Shown: one piece after another, positions 9,154 through 18,595 of the stretch
Numbering within the stretch: position 1 is the stretch's first letter
Layout of the letters: each line of letters opens with the position of its first letter
Assembly (NCBI GenBank): GCA_043800705.1
Contig: JAZDMS010000038.1
Location: 1-63,913, forward strand
Source of the DNA: Candidatus Altiarchaeota archaeon
GTDB taxonomy: Archaea; Altiarchaeota; Altiarchaeia; IMC4; SCGC-AAA252-I15
DNA length: 63,913 nt
Direction of reading: 5' to 3'
Program-made: the position numbers and the translations under genes
The notes under the pieces: model-generated
Databases searched by the model: none
What the model saw: only the letters and a program-made list of their open reading frames with translations
Told to the model about the DNA's origin: nothing

Positions 9154-10812
9154 TCAGACCGACCAGGGCAGACCTTCCTTCCCCTTGTAATAGTAGGACT
9201 TGATGATCTCCCACACGTCGAAGTAGTTGAATACCTTCTCCTTGATCATCTTGTCGATGATCCTCGAACGGAACATCAGCTCGTCGTAGATCTCGCGGAC
9301 GTCCTTGTATCCGAGGAGCCTTGCGACCTTCTCCTCGAGGATGTAGCTGTTGTGCCAGCCGAGGAAGCCGAACTCGTCGGTCGCCGGCACCCATTCGAAG
9401 ACGTTCGCGGTAGCGACCTTCCCGATCTCGTCGTAGTACTTTATCAGTTCCGTCACTGAGAGGACCCTGCGCTGGAACTTGCCGTTGAGGTAGACCGCCT
9501 GCTGGATGAGGACGAGGTTGAGGTTGTCGATCGCCGATATGGGCACGTTGATGGGGTGCCCTGTCAGACGCTGGATCATCTTGTGGGGGTCGCCGGCGTG
9601 GAACGTGCTCATGACGGGGTGGCCGGTCTGCATGGCCTGGAAGGCGATGCTGCCCTCCTTCTCACGGATCTCGCCGACTATGATATAGTTGGGCCGGCTT
9701 CTGAGGGCAGCGACCAGGAGCGTCATCATCGTCACGTCCGTCTCCTTCCCGGATTCCCTGGTGACCAGGTGCTGCCATGTCGGGTGCGGCATGGTGACCT
9801 CCGGCGTGTTCTCTACGCTGTAGACCTTGGCGTCCGGCTTGATGAAGGCCGACAGGGCGTTCAGGGTGGTGGTCTTCCCGGACGCAGTCTCCCCGCAGAT
9901 GAATATGCTCATCCCGTTCTCGATGCACAGCCACATGTATGCCGCAAGCTCCGGGGGGAACGTGTGCCAGTTGACGCACTGGGTGACGCTGATGGGGACC
10001 TTCGAGAATTTTCGGATGGTGAAGCTGGACCCCTCGAGCGAGACCTCGCGGCCGTAGATGAAGTTCACCCTTGAGCCGTCGGGCATGATGGCGTCGACGA
10101 CGGGCTGAGCCTCGCTGACGGGGCGCTCCACCCGCTCCGAAGAGTCAAAGACGTACTTGTCAAGCTGGAGGTCCGTGTTGAAGATGATGTTGGTCGTGAC
10201 CATCTCGAATATCTTGTGGATGGTGTATACCCTCGCGACGCCTATGCAGTGGATATCCTCGATGTACGGGTCCCTCAGGAGGGGCTCCAGTATCCCGTAT
10301 CCGACCCTTTCCCTGATGAGGAAATACTTTATCTTGTCGTACTCGGACTGGGTCATGTTGATCTTGCCGGTGACGCCACCGAACATTCCCATTACGTTGT
10401 CCATGAAGCCCTTTTTCCTGCCAGTCCCCTGGACGGTCTTTCCGTCTACTGTCACGAGGTCGTTCATCAGCTTCACGAGTATGTCGCTGAGGTCCTCGGT
10501 GGTGTCGGAGGTGTCCATGCTGTGGGCGATCTTGATCAGCTGGTCGGAGATCTTGTTGAACATCTCCGTCTCCCTCGGGGTCATCTGCGGCTCGACCGCT
10601 ATGTACTGGACCTCGTTCTCGCCGGGTTTCCTGAGGATATGTATGAATATCGGGTCGCCGACCGGATACATGACGTTCGGGAACTCGTCCCCTTTGAGGC
10701 TGCGGTCAAGCTGCACGAAGAAGTTGGGCTTGTCCATGCCCTTCTGCGCCAAATACTCCCTCAGGTGCGGATTCCTCGCCTGCGCCTCCTGAAACTCCTT
10801 ATCGTCCGCCAT
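9154..10812 (-). CDS. arlI: Archaellum assembly/motor ATPase ArlI (FlaI)
   Basis: NPHLREYL, YPVGDPIFIHI, DPYIEDIHC, Walker A GETASGKTT, RSRPNYIIVGEIR, AMQTGH. Confidence 0.93.
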   Translation of the reverse strand: MADDKEFQEAQARNPHLREYLAQKGMDKPNFFVQLDRSLKGDEFPNVMYPVGDPIFIHILRKPGENEVQYIAVEPQMTPRETEMFNKISDQLIKIAHSMDTSDTTEDLSDILVKLMNDLVTVDGKTVQGTGRKKGFMDNVMGMFGGVTGKINMTQSEYDKIKYFLIRERVGYGILEPLLRDPYIEDIHCIGVARVYTIHKIFEMVTTNIIFNTDLQLDKYVFDSSERVERPVSEAQPVVDAIMPDGSRVNFIYGREVSLEGSSFTIRKFSKVPISVTQCVNWHTFPPELAAYMWLCIENGMSIFICGETASGKTTTLNALSAFIKPDAKVYSVENTPEVTMPHPTWQHLVTRESGKETDVTMMTLLVAALRSRPNYIIVGEIREKEGSIAFQAMQTGHPVMSTFHAGDPHKMIQRLTGHPINVPISAIDNLNLVLIQQAVYLNGKFQRRVLSVTELIKYYDEIGKVATANVFEWVPATDEFGFLGWHNSYILEEKVARLLGYKDVREIYDELMFRSRIIDKMIKEKVFNYFDVWEIIKSYYYKGKEGLPWSV

Positions 10813-10820
10813 ATCCCCCC

Positions 10821-11546
10821 CTAAGCCAGACCTCCTATGTCGATGATCATCCCCTGCCCTGGCTCGACCCTGAAGGCGATCTGGGAGACCACCTGCTGCT
10901 TCGCCCGCTTGAACCTGTTGACTGACATGAACTTCTTGATGTCCCCCCCGAGGCTCTTGGACCCGAACTCGAGGTAAATGTCGGCCACAGACCTGATCAG
11001 GGTCAAGAGGCCCTTGTTCAGCTGCTCCGGATCCACCGTGAAAATGACTATCTTCCCCTTGTTGACTATCTTCTTGAAGAACTTGATCGCGTCGAACGCC
11101 TTCTCCTGGCTTATGTTGCCCTGGACGAGGAGGAACGACAGCGTGTCGATGACGATTATGTCACTATTGAAAAGCTGCTGCTGCGCTATCATCCGGTCGA
11201 GAAAGTCGGCCCTAAGCTGGCCGCCGCCGATGAACGGGAACATCGGGATGAACAGGAGGCGCTGGTCCACGAGCCACTCGTCGATGCTGTACCTCAGGGA
11301 GTCCATCTGCTGCAGGAAGTCCTTCGTCGACAGCTCCGCGCTGATGTAGGTGACGGTCGCGCCGTTGACTAGGAAGGCGTAAAGGAGCCGCTGGACGAGC
11401 AGGCTCTTGCCCATCCCGTCCTTGCCTTCCACCAGCACCAGGGAACCGTATGGGATGGCGCCGCCTAGCTTGGTGTGGAGCATGTCACGCTGGATTTTCA
11501 TGCTGATGTAGCCCTCACCGACGTCTTCCTTGGATTCCCTCTCCAT
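10821..11546 (-). CDS. arlH: ArlH (FlaH) KaiC-like ATPase
   Basis: LGGAIPYGSL, GKDGMGKS, IVIDTLS, FRVEPGQG. Confidence 0.9.
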   Translation of the reverse strand: MERESKEDVGEGYISMKIQRDMLHTKLGGAIPYGSLVLVEGKDGMGKSLLVQRLLYAFLVNGATVTYISAELSTKDFLQQMDSLRYSIDEWLVDQRLLFIPMFPFIGGGQLRADFLDRMIAQQQLFNSDIIVIDTLSFLLVQGNISQEKAFDAIKFFKKIVNKGKIVIFTVDPEQLNKGLLTLIRSVADIYLEFGSKSLGGDIKKFMSVNRFKRAKQQVVSQIAFRVEPGQGMIIDIGGLA

Positions 11547-11591
11547 GCATGAAGGTATTTATAATCCGGCTATATATCCGACCCCCGCACG

Positions 11592-11915
11592 CTATTGCGG
11601 GGCGCCGTCGGCGCCTTTCTTCACGCCATCGGCCTGCTTTGCCGGCATCATCCTCTCTGTCAGGGCGATTATCCTCTGGAGGTTGTCTTCGATGCTGTTG
11701 AGGCGGGCCTGGTTCTCCTTCGTCATGTCCAGGGTCTTCGAGACCTCGCTGCCGAGGACGTCGGTCTTGTTCTCCAGGGTGCCTATCTTATCGTTGATCT
11801 GCCTCTTAGACTCGTTAAACTCCTCTATCTGCTTCTGTATGACCTCAAGCCTGACGGTCGTCTTAAGCTCCTTCCTCTTCACGAGCCCGAAGAAACCCAG
11901 TATGGAATCTAACAT
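11592..11915 (-). CDS. Small coiled-coil protein, possibly ArlC-like accessory protein
   Basis: Heptad-rich 107 aa protein directly upstream of arlH, GGGGG RBS-like site. Confidence 0.6.
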   Translation of the reverse strand: MLDSILGFFGLVKRKELKTTVRLEVIQKQIEEFNESKRQINDKIGTLENKTDVLGSEVSKTLDMTKENQARLNSIEDNLQRIIALTERMMPAKQADGVKKGADGAPQ

Positions 11916-11961
11916 AAGCCCCCCTGCAAGAATAAATTACCCTCAGGCTTATATAAGAATG

Positions 11962-12357
11962 CTATTTCTTCTTGTATACTTCCTTGGGGTCGAACAGCCT
12001 TTCCCCGATTATCCTGAGGCCTTCTCCGTCTACCTTCCTGAAGAAGCAGGTCCTGTAGCCTTCGTGGCATGCGCCCCCCTTCTGCCTGACCCTGTATATC
12101 ACCGCGTCGCCGTCGCAGTCGACTAGGACATCCGAGACCTTCTGGGTGTTGCCTGAGGATTCCCCCTTCAACCACAGCTTCTTCCGGCTAGTCGAGTAGT
12201 AATGCGCGAGGCCGGTTTTGATCGTCTTCTCCACCGCCTCCTGGTTCGCGTATGCGAGCATCAGGACGTCCCTGTCCTCCTCGTCCTGGACGACGACCGT
12301 TATCAAACCGCCTATTCCGTCGACGTTTCTGGTCTTAAGCTGGCTCCAGAGGTCCAT
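11962..12357 (-). CDS. hisI: Phosphoribosyl-AMP cyclohydrolase
   Basis: VLMLAYAN, YYSTSRKKLWLKGESSGN, DCDGDA, GACHEGYRTCF. Confidence 0.95.
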   Translation of the reverse strand: MDLWSQLKTRNVDGIGGLITVVVQDEEDRDVLMLAYANQEAVEKTIKTGLAHYYSTSRKKLWLKGESSGNTQKVSDVLVDCDGDAVIYRVRQKGGACHEGYRTCFFRKVDGEGLRIIGERLFDPKEVYKKK

Positions 12358-12392
12358 GTTATTTAATAAAGATGCCGTTATTATTAAGCACG

Positions 12393-12758
12393 ATGTCACC
12401 CGGAGACTTTGAGACGGACGCGCTAGGCGACGACGAGAGGGCCGCCCCCGTATTGGGCGCAGACGGCCAGCCGATAGTCCGCGTACGCCTGCCCCGAAGG
12501 GGCCAGATCCTTGGCGAGGTCGAGCAGCTCCTCGGCGACCGGAGGATGAGCATCAGATGCACCGACGGCCACACCCGCCTGTGCAGGATACCCGGCAAGA
12601 TCAGAAAGAGGATATGGATCAAAGAGGGCAACATAGTCCTCCTCGAGCCGTGGGAGGTCCAGACGAAGGAACGCGGCGACATACTCTGGAGATACACCAA
12701 CCAGCAGGCCGACTGGCTCAGGAGACACGGCCACACGAAGGGAATAGACGACATGTGA
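12393..12758 (+). CDS. eif1a: Translation initiation factor aIF-1A
   Basis: RVRLP, LLGDRRM, RLCRIPGKIRKRIWIKEG, GDILWRY. Confidence 0.95.
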   Translation: MSPGDFETDALGDDERAAPVLGADGQPIVRVRLPRRGQILGEVEQLLGDRRMSIRCTDGHTRLCRIPGKIRKRIWIKEGNIVLLEPWEVQTKERGDILWRYTNQQADWLRRHGHTKGIDDM

Positions 12759-12807
12759 TACGACATGTGATGGGACGTTTTTATCCGGCCTTATTCTATC
12801 CATTACA

Positions 12808-13614
12808 ATGGACGAGGAGAAACTCTATCAGCGCATCGACCTTGGATTCCTGAAGACCGAGCGCAGGGAGGCGGACGAGCGGAAGATCAGCGAGGCGGTG
12901 TTCGACAAGGCGTCCATCATGTCGCTGTACGAGCTCGTGAAGAAGGGGGCGATTACTGAGCTTCGGAGCATCGTCTCCACCGGGAAGGAGGCGAGCCTGT
13001 TCCTCGGCAAGAAGGGGAAGAAGGACGTCGCAGTGAAGATATTCCTCATGGAGACGACGGACTTCCGGAACATGACGAAGTACGTCACCGGCGATCCGCG
13101 TTTCGGCTCTTGGAAGAACCGAAGACAGCTCGTCCATATGTGGGCTCAGAAGGAGTTCAAGAACCTCTCCAGGGTCCAGGAAGCGATTCGCTGCCCGAAG
13201 CCGATGGCTGTGGAAGCCAACATCCTGGTGATGGGCTTCCTCGGAGAGGGCGGCAAACCCGCGCCGAGGCTCAAAGACACGCAGCTCAAGGACCCCCAAA
13301 AGTATTTCGATGAGACCGTCGGATACATCAGGCAGATGTACAAGCTGCGCATTGTCCACGCGGACCTTTCCGAATACAACATACTCGACTACAAAGGCCA
13401 CCCCTACATCATCGATATGGCCACGGGCGTGCTCCTGGACCATCCGAGCTCGATGGAGTTCCTGCAGCGCGACGTCAGGAACGTCGTCAACTTCTTCAAG
13501 AAGCAGGGCGCCGACGCGGACTACGACGCGGTCATGAAGAGCGTCCTGTCCGAGGAGCTGAAGGAGAAGTCGGAATACAACTCCATCATGCGGGAGATAG
13601 CACATGATAGATGA
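12808..13614 (+). CDS. rio1: RIO1-type serine kinase
   Basis: STGKEA, AVKIF, WAQKEFKNL, VHADLSEYNIL, IIDM; conserved position after aIF-1A. Confidence 0.95.
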   Translation: MDEEKLYQRIDLGFLKTERREADERKISEAVFDKASIMSLYELVKKGAITELRSIVSTGKEASLFLGKKGKKDVAVKIFLMETTDFRNMTKYVTGDPRFGSWKNRRQLVHMWAQKEFKNLSRVQEAIRCPKPMAVEANILVMGFLGEGGKPAPRLKDTQLKDPQKYFDETVGYIRQMYKLRIVHADLSEYNILDYKGHPYIIDMATGVLLDHPSSMEFLQRDVRNVVNFFKKQGADADYDAVMKSVLSEELKEKSEYNSIMREIAHDR

Positions 13615-14020
13615 GGTCCTCACAGCGAACGGCCATCCCAACGTCCGCGGCACGCATCGCAACACCCTTGAATTCACGAAGGAGACCCAACTGAGCCCGA
13701 GGGGGGACTGCATAGTTGCGGTCGCGGCTGACAAAGGCATGGCCGACCTGTCCGAAGGCTTCAAGAGAAAACTGAAAACCGAAAACTGCAGACTGGAGAT
13801 CACAATAGAGTGCGGGGGCATAAAAGAAACCGTCACCGCATACGGCCACCCCGGCCTCATACTCGAACACCCCACAGACATGGTCGTCAGAAAGACCGAA
13901 TTCATCTGCCCGAGGACGCTGGCAATCCGCGCCGACAAGGCAGCGAAAGACCTAAGCCGGGGGCTAGTCGAGGAATTGAAGAATGGCCTGCCTGTCGCCG
14001 TCAGGCTCAGGGTAATGTGA
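13604..14020 (+). CDS. DUF371-family protein
   Basis: GHPNVRGTHRNTLEFTKE, GDCIVAV, RTLAIRADKAAKDL. Confidence 0.88.
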   Translation: MIDEVLTANGHPNVRGTHRNTLEFTKETQLSPRGDCIVAVAADKGMADLSEGFKRKLKTENCRLEITIECGGIKETVTAYGHPGLILEHPTDMVVRKTEFICPRTLAIRADKAAKDLSRGLVEELKNGLPVAVRLRVM

Positions 14021-14063
14021 CGATCCTTTCAGCGGTCTTCCACCCACCCGGCGAATGATCGGA

Positions 14064-14375
14064 CTATGCCGTCGGCGGCTCTTTGCAGGCGATCCTTCCC
14101 AATCCCGCCCCTACAAGGGCTCCGAAGGCCAGTATAGCCAATGTCTCCTCCCTGCGCCAGGCACTCGTGGCTGCGTATGTGAAGAGCACGATTCCTCCGA
14201 CTATGATCGTGTATAACGTCTCCTTCCCTTTCCTGCCGGTCTTCCGCCCCATGTAGACCTTATAGGCGAGGAAACCGCAGAGCCCTCCGAGGAGGAATAC
14301 TGCGACCGAGCCTGAGAACATGATGCCTCCGAAGTATAGGAGGCCGATGAATATGATGGCGTAGACGATGTTCAC
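14064..14375 (-). CDS. Small membrane protein
   Basis: About 4 hydrophobic segments; GTGA overlap with the upstream gene. Confidence 0.6.
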   Translation of the reverse strand: MNIVYAIIFIGLLYFGGIMFSGSVAVFLLGGLCGFLAYKVYMGRKTGRKGKETLYTIIVGGIVLFTYAATSAWRREETLAILAFGALVGAGLGRIACKEPPTA

Positions 14376-15742
14376 GTCGTAGCTGCCCTTCCCCCCCCTC
14401 CGGCGTCACTCCCTTTCGTCACCGGATGGAGAAGTACTCTTCCTTCAGGTGCTTTTTTTTTAACGTGGGCCAGGTAGAACGCCATCCCGCCTACGAAGAG
14501 GAACGCCGACGCGGCGACTCCGCCCAGGTCGAGTTCGGGGGAGTAGACCAATGTGTTCACCCCCCAGATGAAGAAAATCGCGGCCCCGAGGAAGAAGATC
14601 GATGCGACCGCCCTCCCGTAATACATCACTTCGGAGGGCTCATATCCGCCGACAGCCATTGAATTCGTCTTGCCTATCAGGGTGTAGATGGCTGCCAGGA
14701 GCGCGAGGATGACCACCTCCACAAGCCAGCCGAGCTCGGTCAGCCTCGTCTGCGCAGTCATGGTCATCGACCAGGAAACCGCCCTATACGGGTAGATGAA
14801 AAGGAGTCCGAGCAGGAGTAGCGTCGTTATAGGCCTCACCTCCGCGGCTAGGAGGGATTTGTCCCTGTCGGCCTTTCTCAATCCGTACTCTGCCATTCCG
14901 ATAAGCACGACTGCGACCGCAAAGTATATCGCCCCCTCTATCATCCACCCGTACCTTAGCCTCCAGACGAGGTCCGACCTCTCATTGACATTGAAGAGGT
15001 GGTCGGCGCCGAACAAGAATATCAGGCTGGAGCAGAGGAGGAAGATGAAGCCGTAGATCGATAAGAGGCGCAGATTCGTCGCCTCGGTCAGGGCACCGAC
15101 CTTGCCGTTCACCTCCAGGATGAACGCCATGCACAGTATCGCCACCACCGGCCACCAGCTGCCGAAGTCGAAGGACTTATGCTGGCCGTACATTCCGTAT
15201 CCGTATCCCCTGGGCATTGCAACACGGCTAGCCAGATCGTCTCCGGGGGAGTATCTAACACCTGCCTGGGCATCTCCCCCCTCATAGTATCCTGAGCCCT
15301 CATACGGGCCCCTCAGGGTGCCGGTCTCCGTATGGGATGTCGTCGTCCCTGCGACGTTGACGTCGTACTCCATGCTCACGCGGAGATTGTACACGTCCCC
15401 CGCGTTCGCATATCCGCAGCCCGTCGCAGTGACGCGGAAGTTCTCCCCTGCTGGGATGTCGCTTCCGGAAAGGGTCCCATAGCATGTCTGGCCTGTTATC
15501 AGGTTCTGTATGGCGGCGTTACGTACGCGTATCTTCGCCCCGACGCCGTTGGTGAAAATCGCATTCAAGGACCCGTCGGTGTTCATGCCTGTTCCTGCAA
15601 GCTGCGGCTTGATCTTGGCATAGCCCGTGGCCGTCGTCGAACCCTGATTAATGTTGAATATGCCAAGCTGCCAGGTGAAAATCGCAAAAAGGGAGACGAT
15701 CGCCACAAGGGGTATCATCCAGGATGTCTTGCCTGCGGCCAT
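14372..15742 (-). CDS. Pilin-like N-terminal domain fused to a polytopic membrane domain
   Basis: WQLGIFN...GYAKIKPQLAGTG...FTNGVG...HTETGTLRGPYE followed by about 7 TM helices. Confidence 0.65.
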   Translation of the reverse strand: MAAGKTSWMIPLVAIVSLFAIFTWQLGIFNINQGSTTATGYAKIKPQLAGTGMNTDGSLNAIFTNGVGAKIRVRNAAIQNLITGQTCYGTLSGSDIPAGENFRVTATGCGYANAGDVYNLRVSMEYDVNVAGTTTSHTETGTLRGPYEGSGYYEGGDAQAGVRYSPGDDLASRVAMPRGYGYGMYGQHKSFDFGSWWPVVAILCMAFILEVNGKVGALTEATNLRLLSIYGFIFLLCSSLIFLFGADHLFNVNERSDLVWRLRYGWMIEGAIYFAVAVVLIGMAEYGLRKADRDKSLLAAEVRPITTLLLLGLLFIYPYRAVSWSMTMTAQTRLTELGWLVEVVILALLAAIYTLIGKTNSMAVGGYEPSEVMYYGRAVASIFFLGAAIFFIWGVNTLVYSPELDLGGVAASAFLFVGGMAFYLAHVKKKAPEGRVLLHPVTKGSDAGGGGRAATT

Positions 15743-15840
15743 CAGTCATCTATTGTAGCCTGCCAGTTATAAACCCTGCCGGATGTTTCGGCCGCGCCCG
15801 AATCCTTCCCGTTAATAATTATCCAGACGCATATCCTACC

Positions 15841-16896
15841 ATGCCAGACTCATCCCCCCTGTTCCTGGCGCTGCTCTTGTCCGGGCTTGTCGCATTATGC
15901 GTCGGCGCCTGGATATTCTTCGTCTATGAGCCGGCGCAGGAGCAGTACAGGCTGGCGGACGAGGCGCGCTCCAAGAGGGACCCGCGATTGTGCGAAAAAA
16001 TCGACGAACCTATGGCGCGGGACCTCTGCCTCAGGGACGTGGGTTCGTCGACCCAGGAACCCGCCATATGCGAAAGGATAATCACCCAGTCGATCGGCGG
16101 CGAATGCCTCCGAAACATCGCCGTTTCCAAGTGGGACCCGGCCGTGTGCGACATAATCGAAGACGATGCGCAAATGAGGGGGTGCATCGGAAGCTTCGGC
16201 ATCGAATACGCCTGCTACAGGACGAATGACACGGGAACGCGCGACATGTGCTACGCGAAGGCCGCCTTGGAAAATACAAAGCCGGGCCTCTGCGAAAAGA
16301 TAAGGAACAATAGCATGTCGGACCAGTGCTACCGAAAACTTGGCACAACCCTCAAGCAGAAGGAGCTTTGCCTCAAAATCGGCGATCCGGCACAACGAAA
16401 CATATGCATTCGGGAAATGGAGCAGGCTTCGGCAAGATCATACACGCCACCAATCTGCCGGGAAACGGATTCTTACTGGGTAGCGGACGAATACCTCGCA
16501 GGCAACATATCCGGCGAGATTAACGGATATGCCTACCAATACCCTGATGCGTGCATCAACAACCTAACACTGTCAGAGTGGGATTGTGTCCGGGGCATAC
16601 CTACTGCAAAGCATATAAAATGTCCGTTAGGGTGCCTATCTGGTAGGTGCCTGCGCTATACCTGCATCGACTATCATAAAGAGGGCGGCTACAACGATCC
16701 GTCAAACCTCACCCTTTTCCATCCCAATGGGAGTGTAAGCTTCGTCTACCTCGACGAATGTGTCGGTAAAAACCACGATATCCTGGATGTGGCGCGCTGC
16801 GACCCAGGCGATATGTCAGGCATGAAATGGGAAAAAATCAACTGCATAAGGGGTTGCGTCAACACTATCGGGTATCATTATGGCAGATGCCTGTGA
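15841..16896 (+). CDS. Membrane-anchored Cys-repeat protein
   Basis: N-terminal TM; about 6 repeats of the type CEKI-x5-RDxC, then CPLGC/CIRGC modules. Confidence 0.75.
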   Translation: MPDSSPLFLALLLSGLVALCVGAWIFFVYEPAQEQYRLADEARSKRDPRLCEKIDEPMARDLCLRDVGSSTQEPAICERIITQSIGGECLRNIAVSKWDPAVCDIIEDDAQMRGCIGSFGIEYACYRTNDTGTRDMCYAKAALENTKPGLCEKIRNNSMSDQCYRKLGTTLKQKELCLKIGDPAQRNICIREMEQASARSYTPPICRETDSYWVADEYLAGNISGEINGYAYQYPDACINNLTLSEWDCVRGIPTAKHIKCPLGCLSGRCLRYTCIDYHKEGGYNDPSNLTLFHPNGSVSFVYLDECVGKNHDILDVARCDPGDMSGMKWEKINCIRGCVNTIGYHYGRCL

Positions 16897-16925
16897 AATA
16901 TAACCGCAGATGCCCATCATATCCT

Positions 16926-17813
16926 ATGATGGACTACGACGTCGTCATCGTGGGCGGCGGCCCCGCGGGCCTCACGGCCGGCATATACTGCGTCAGGAGG
17001 AGGCTGAAGGCCGTCGTCGTCGAAAGGGGCGCGCTGGGGGGCCAGATGAACTCCACCCCCGAGATCGCGAACTGGCCGGGGGACAGACTCGTTAGCGGAC
17101 CCGATCTGTCCAAGCGGATGGCGGAGCATGCGAAGTCCCTCGGGCTCGAGACACTGTTCGACGACGTCGTCGGCCTCGAACCCAACGGGAAGCCCAAGAC
17201 GATCTACCTGCGCCAGAGGCAGTTGACCTGCTCTGCGGTGATAATCGCCACCGGAGGCCAGCACAGGAAGGCGGCTATCAAGGGCCAGGAGGAGTTCGAA
17301 GGCAAAGGAGTCAGCTACTGCGCCACATGCGACGGCCCCTTCTTCAAGGGCAAGAGCGTCGCCGTCATCGGTTCGGGAAACATGGCCGCCGAAGACGCCC
17401 TTTACCTGTCGGAACTGGCAGGGAAGACATATCTCCTTGCGAAAGCCCTCTCCGCCGAGGATGCCCTACAATCGAAGCTGAAAAAATCAAAGGTCGAATG
17501 GGTAAAGGAGAAGGCGGCCGAGATATCGGGAAGTGACAAGGTAGCCTCCCTCAAACTCGAATCAGGCAAGACTCTAGCAGTCGACGGCATATTCTTCAGC
17601 GAAGGCCACACCCCCTCATCGGAGCTGGCGAAGGCGGCAGGCGTAGAATTGGATGAGCGGGGATTCATAAAAATCAACCGGAGCATGGAGACGAACATCC
17701 CCGGAGTATACGCGGCAGGCGACATAACCGGCGGCATACCCCAGATAGCGACCGCAGTCGGGGAAGGATGCACCGCCGCGCTGAAGGCGTACGGATATGT
17801 GAAGAATCCCTGA
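16926..17813 (+). CDS. trxB: Thioredoxin-disulfide reductase
   Basis: GGGPAG, GVSYCATCDG, GSGNMA, YAAGD. Confidence 0.93.
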   Translation: MMDYDVVIVGGGPAGLTAGIYCVRRRLKAVVVERGALGGQMNSTPEIANWPGDRLVSGPDLSKRMAEHAKSLGLETLFDDVVGLEPNGKPKTIYLRQRQLTCSAVIIATGGQHRKAAIKGQEEFEGKGVSYCATCDGPFFKGKSVAVIGSGNMAAEDALYLSELAGKTYLLAKALSAEDALQSKLKKSKVEWVKEKAAEISGSDKVASLKLESGKTLAVDGIFFSEGHTPSSELAKAAGVELDERGFIKINRSMETNIPGVYAAGDITGGIPQIATAVGEGCTAALKAYGYVKNP

Positions 17814-17838
17814 TGATGGCTAAAAAGCTGGCCGTATC

Positions 17839-18399
17839 ATGATGTCCATGGACCTATTCGAAGCAGTAAACGGTCGGCGCAGCATCCGAAGCTACCTTGA
17901 CAAGCCCGTCGAAGGGGGGGCGATAGGGAAACTACTCACGGCTGCCGCATATGCGCCCTCTGCCATGAACTCCCAACAGTGGAGGTTCACAGTCATAGAA
18001 AATAGGCAGCAGATCCAACGGCTATCTGACGAGGCGAAGAAGAACCTTGGGCTCTTGGGTCGTGGCCTAGAGTTGGCCGAGGTCATAGCCTCAAAGGAGG
18101 ACACCATATTCTACAGCGCCCCCCTACTCATAATAATATCCGCCAAAAAGGACGACAAATGGGCAAAGGTCGACTGCGGCCTCGCAGCACAGAACATGAT
18201 GCTTGCAGCCTATGGCATGGGTTTGGGGAGCTGCTATATTGGGTTGGCAAACGGTTTAAACAAGGATAGAAGCCTTGTTAAGGGTTTGGGCATCCCAGAC
18301 GACCATGAGATAATCGCCCCAATAATTTTCGGCTACCCGAAGAAGGGTTTCGTGAAAATAAAGGAGCGAAAAGCTCAGATACTCAAGTGGATCAAATAA
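17839..18399 (+). CDS. Nitroreductase family protein
   Basis: RRSIRSY, APSAMNSQQW, AAQNMMLAA, GLGSCYIG. Confidence 0.92.
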   Translation: MMSMDLFEAVNGRRSIRSYLDKPVEGGAIGKLLTAAAYAPSAMNSQQWRFTVIENRQQIQRLSDEAKKNLGLLGRGLELAEVIASKEDTIFYSAPLLIIISAKKDDKWAKVDCGLAAQNMMLAAYGMGLGSCYIGLANGLNKDRSLVKGLGIPDDHEIIAPIIFGYPKKGFVKIKERKAQILKWIK

Positions 18400-18401
18400 G
18401 G

Positions 18402-18557
18402 CTAGTAGATGTTGTCGTGTCTCCAGCTCCTTCTGCTCTTCGGGCTGTCCCTCACTTTCCTGTTAGTCTTGGCGAAGACCCACACAGGCGCCCTCTTGGA
18501 GACCCTGTTGGCCTTTACGAGTTCGGCTTTCTTGCCCTGTTCCTTGTTCCTGGCCAT
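18402..18557 (-). CDS. rpl39e: 50S ribosomal protein L39e (not in ORF track)
   Basis: Manual translation MARNKEQGKKAELVKANRVSKRAPVWVFAKTNRKVRDSPKSRRSWRHDNIY, 51 aa. Confidence 0.9.
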   Translation of the reverse strand: MARNKEQGKKAELVKANRVSKRAPVWVFAKTNRKVRDSPKSRRSWRHDNIY

Positions 18558-18595
18558 TGCCCTATTTTATAGGGCACAACCCTATAAATACTTCC

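Noticed and set aside
12796-13938. Long antisense ORFs (also 26989-28206 and 1087-1968)
   Set aside because: Shadows of well-supported genes in GC-rich DNA, with no motifs of their own
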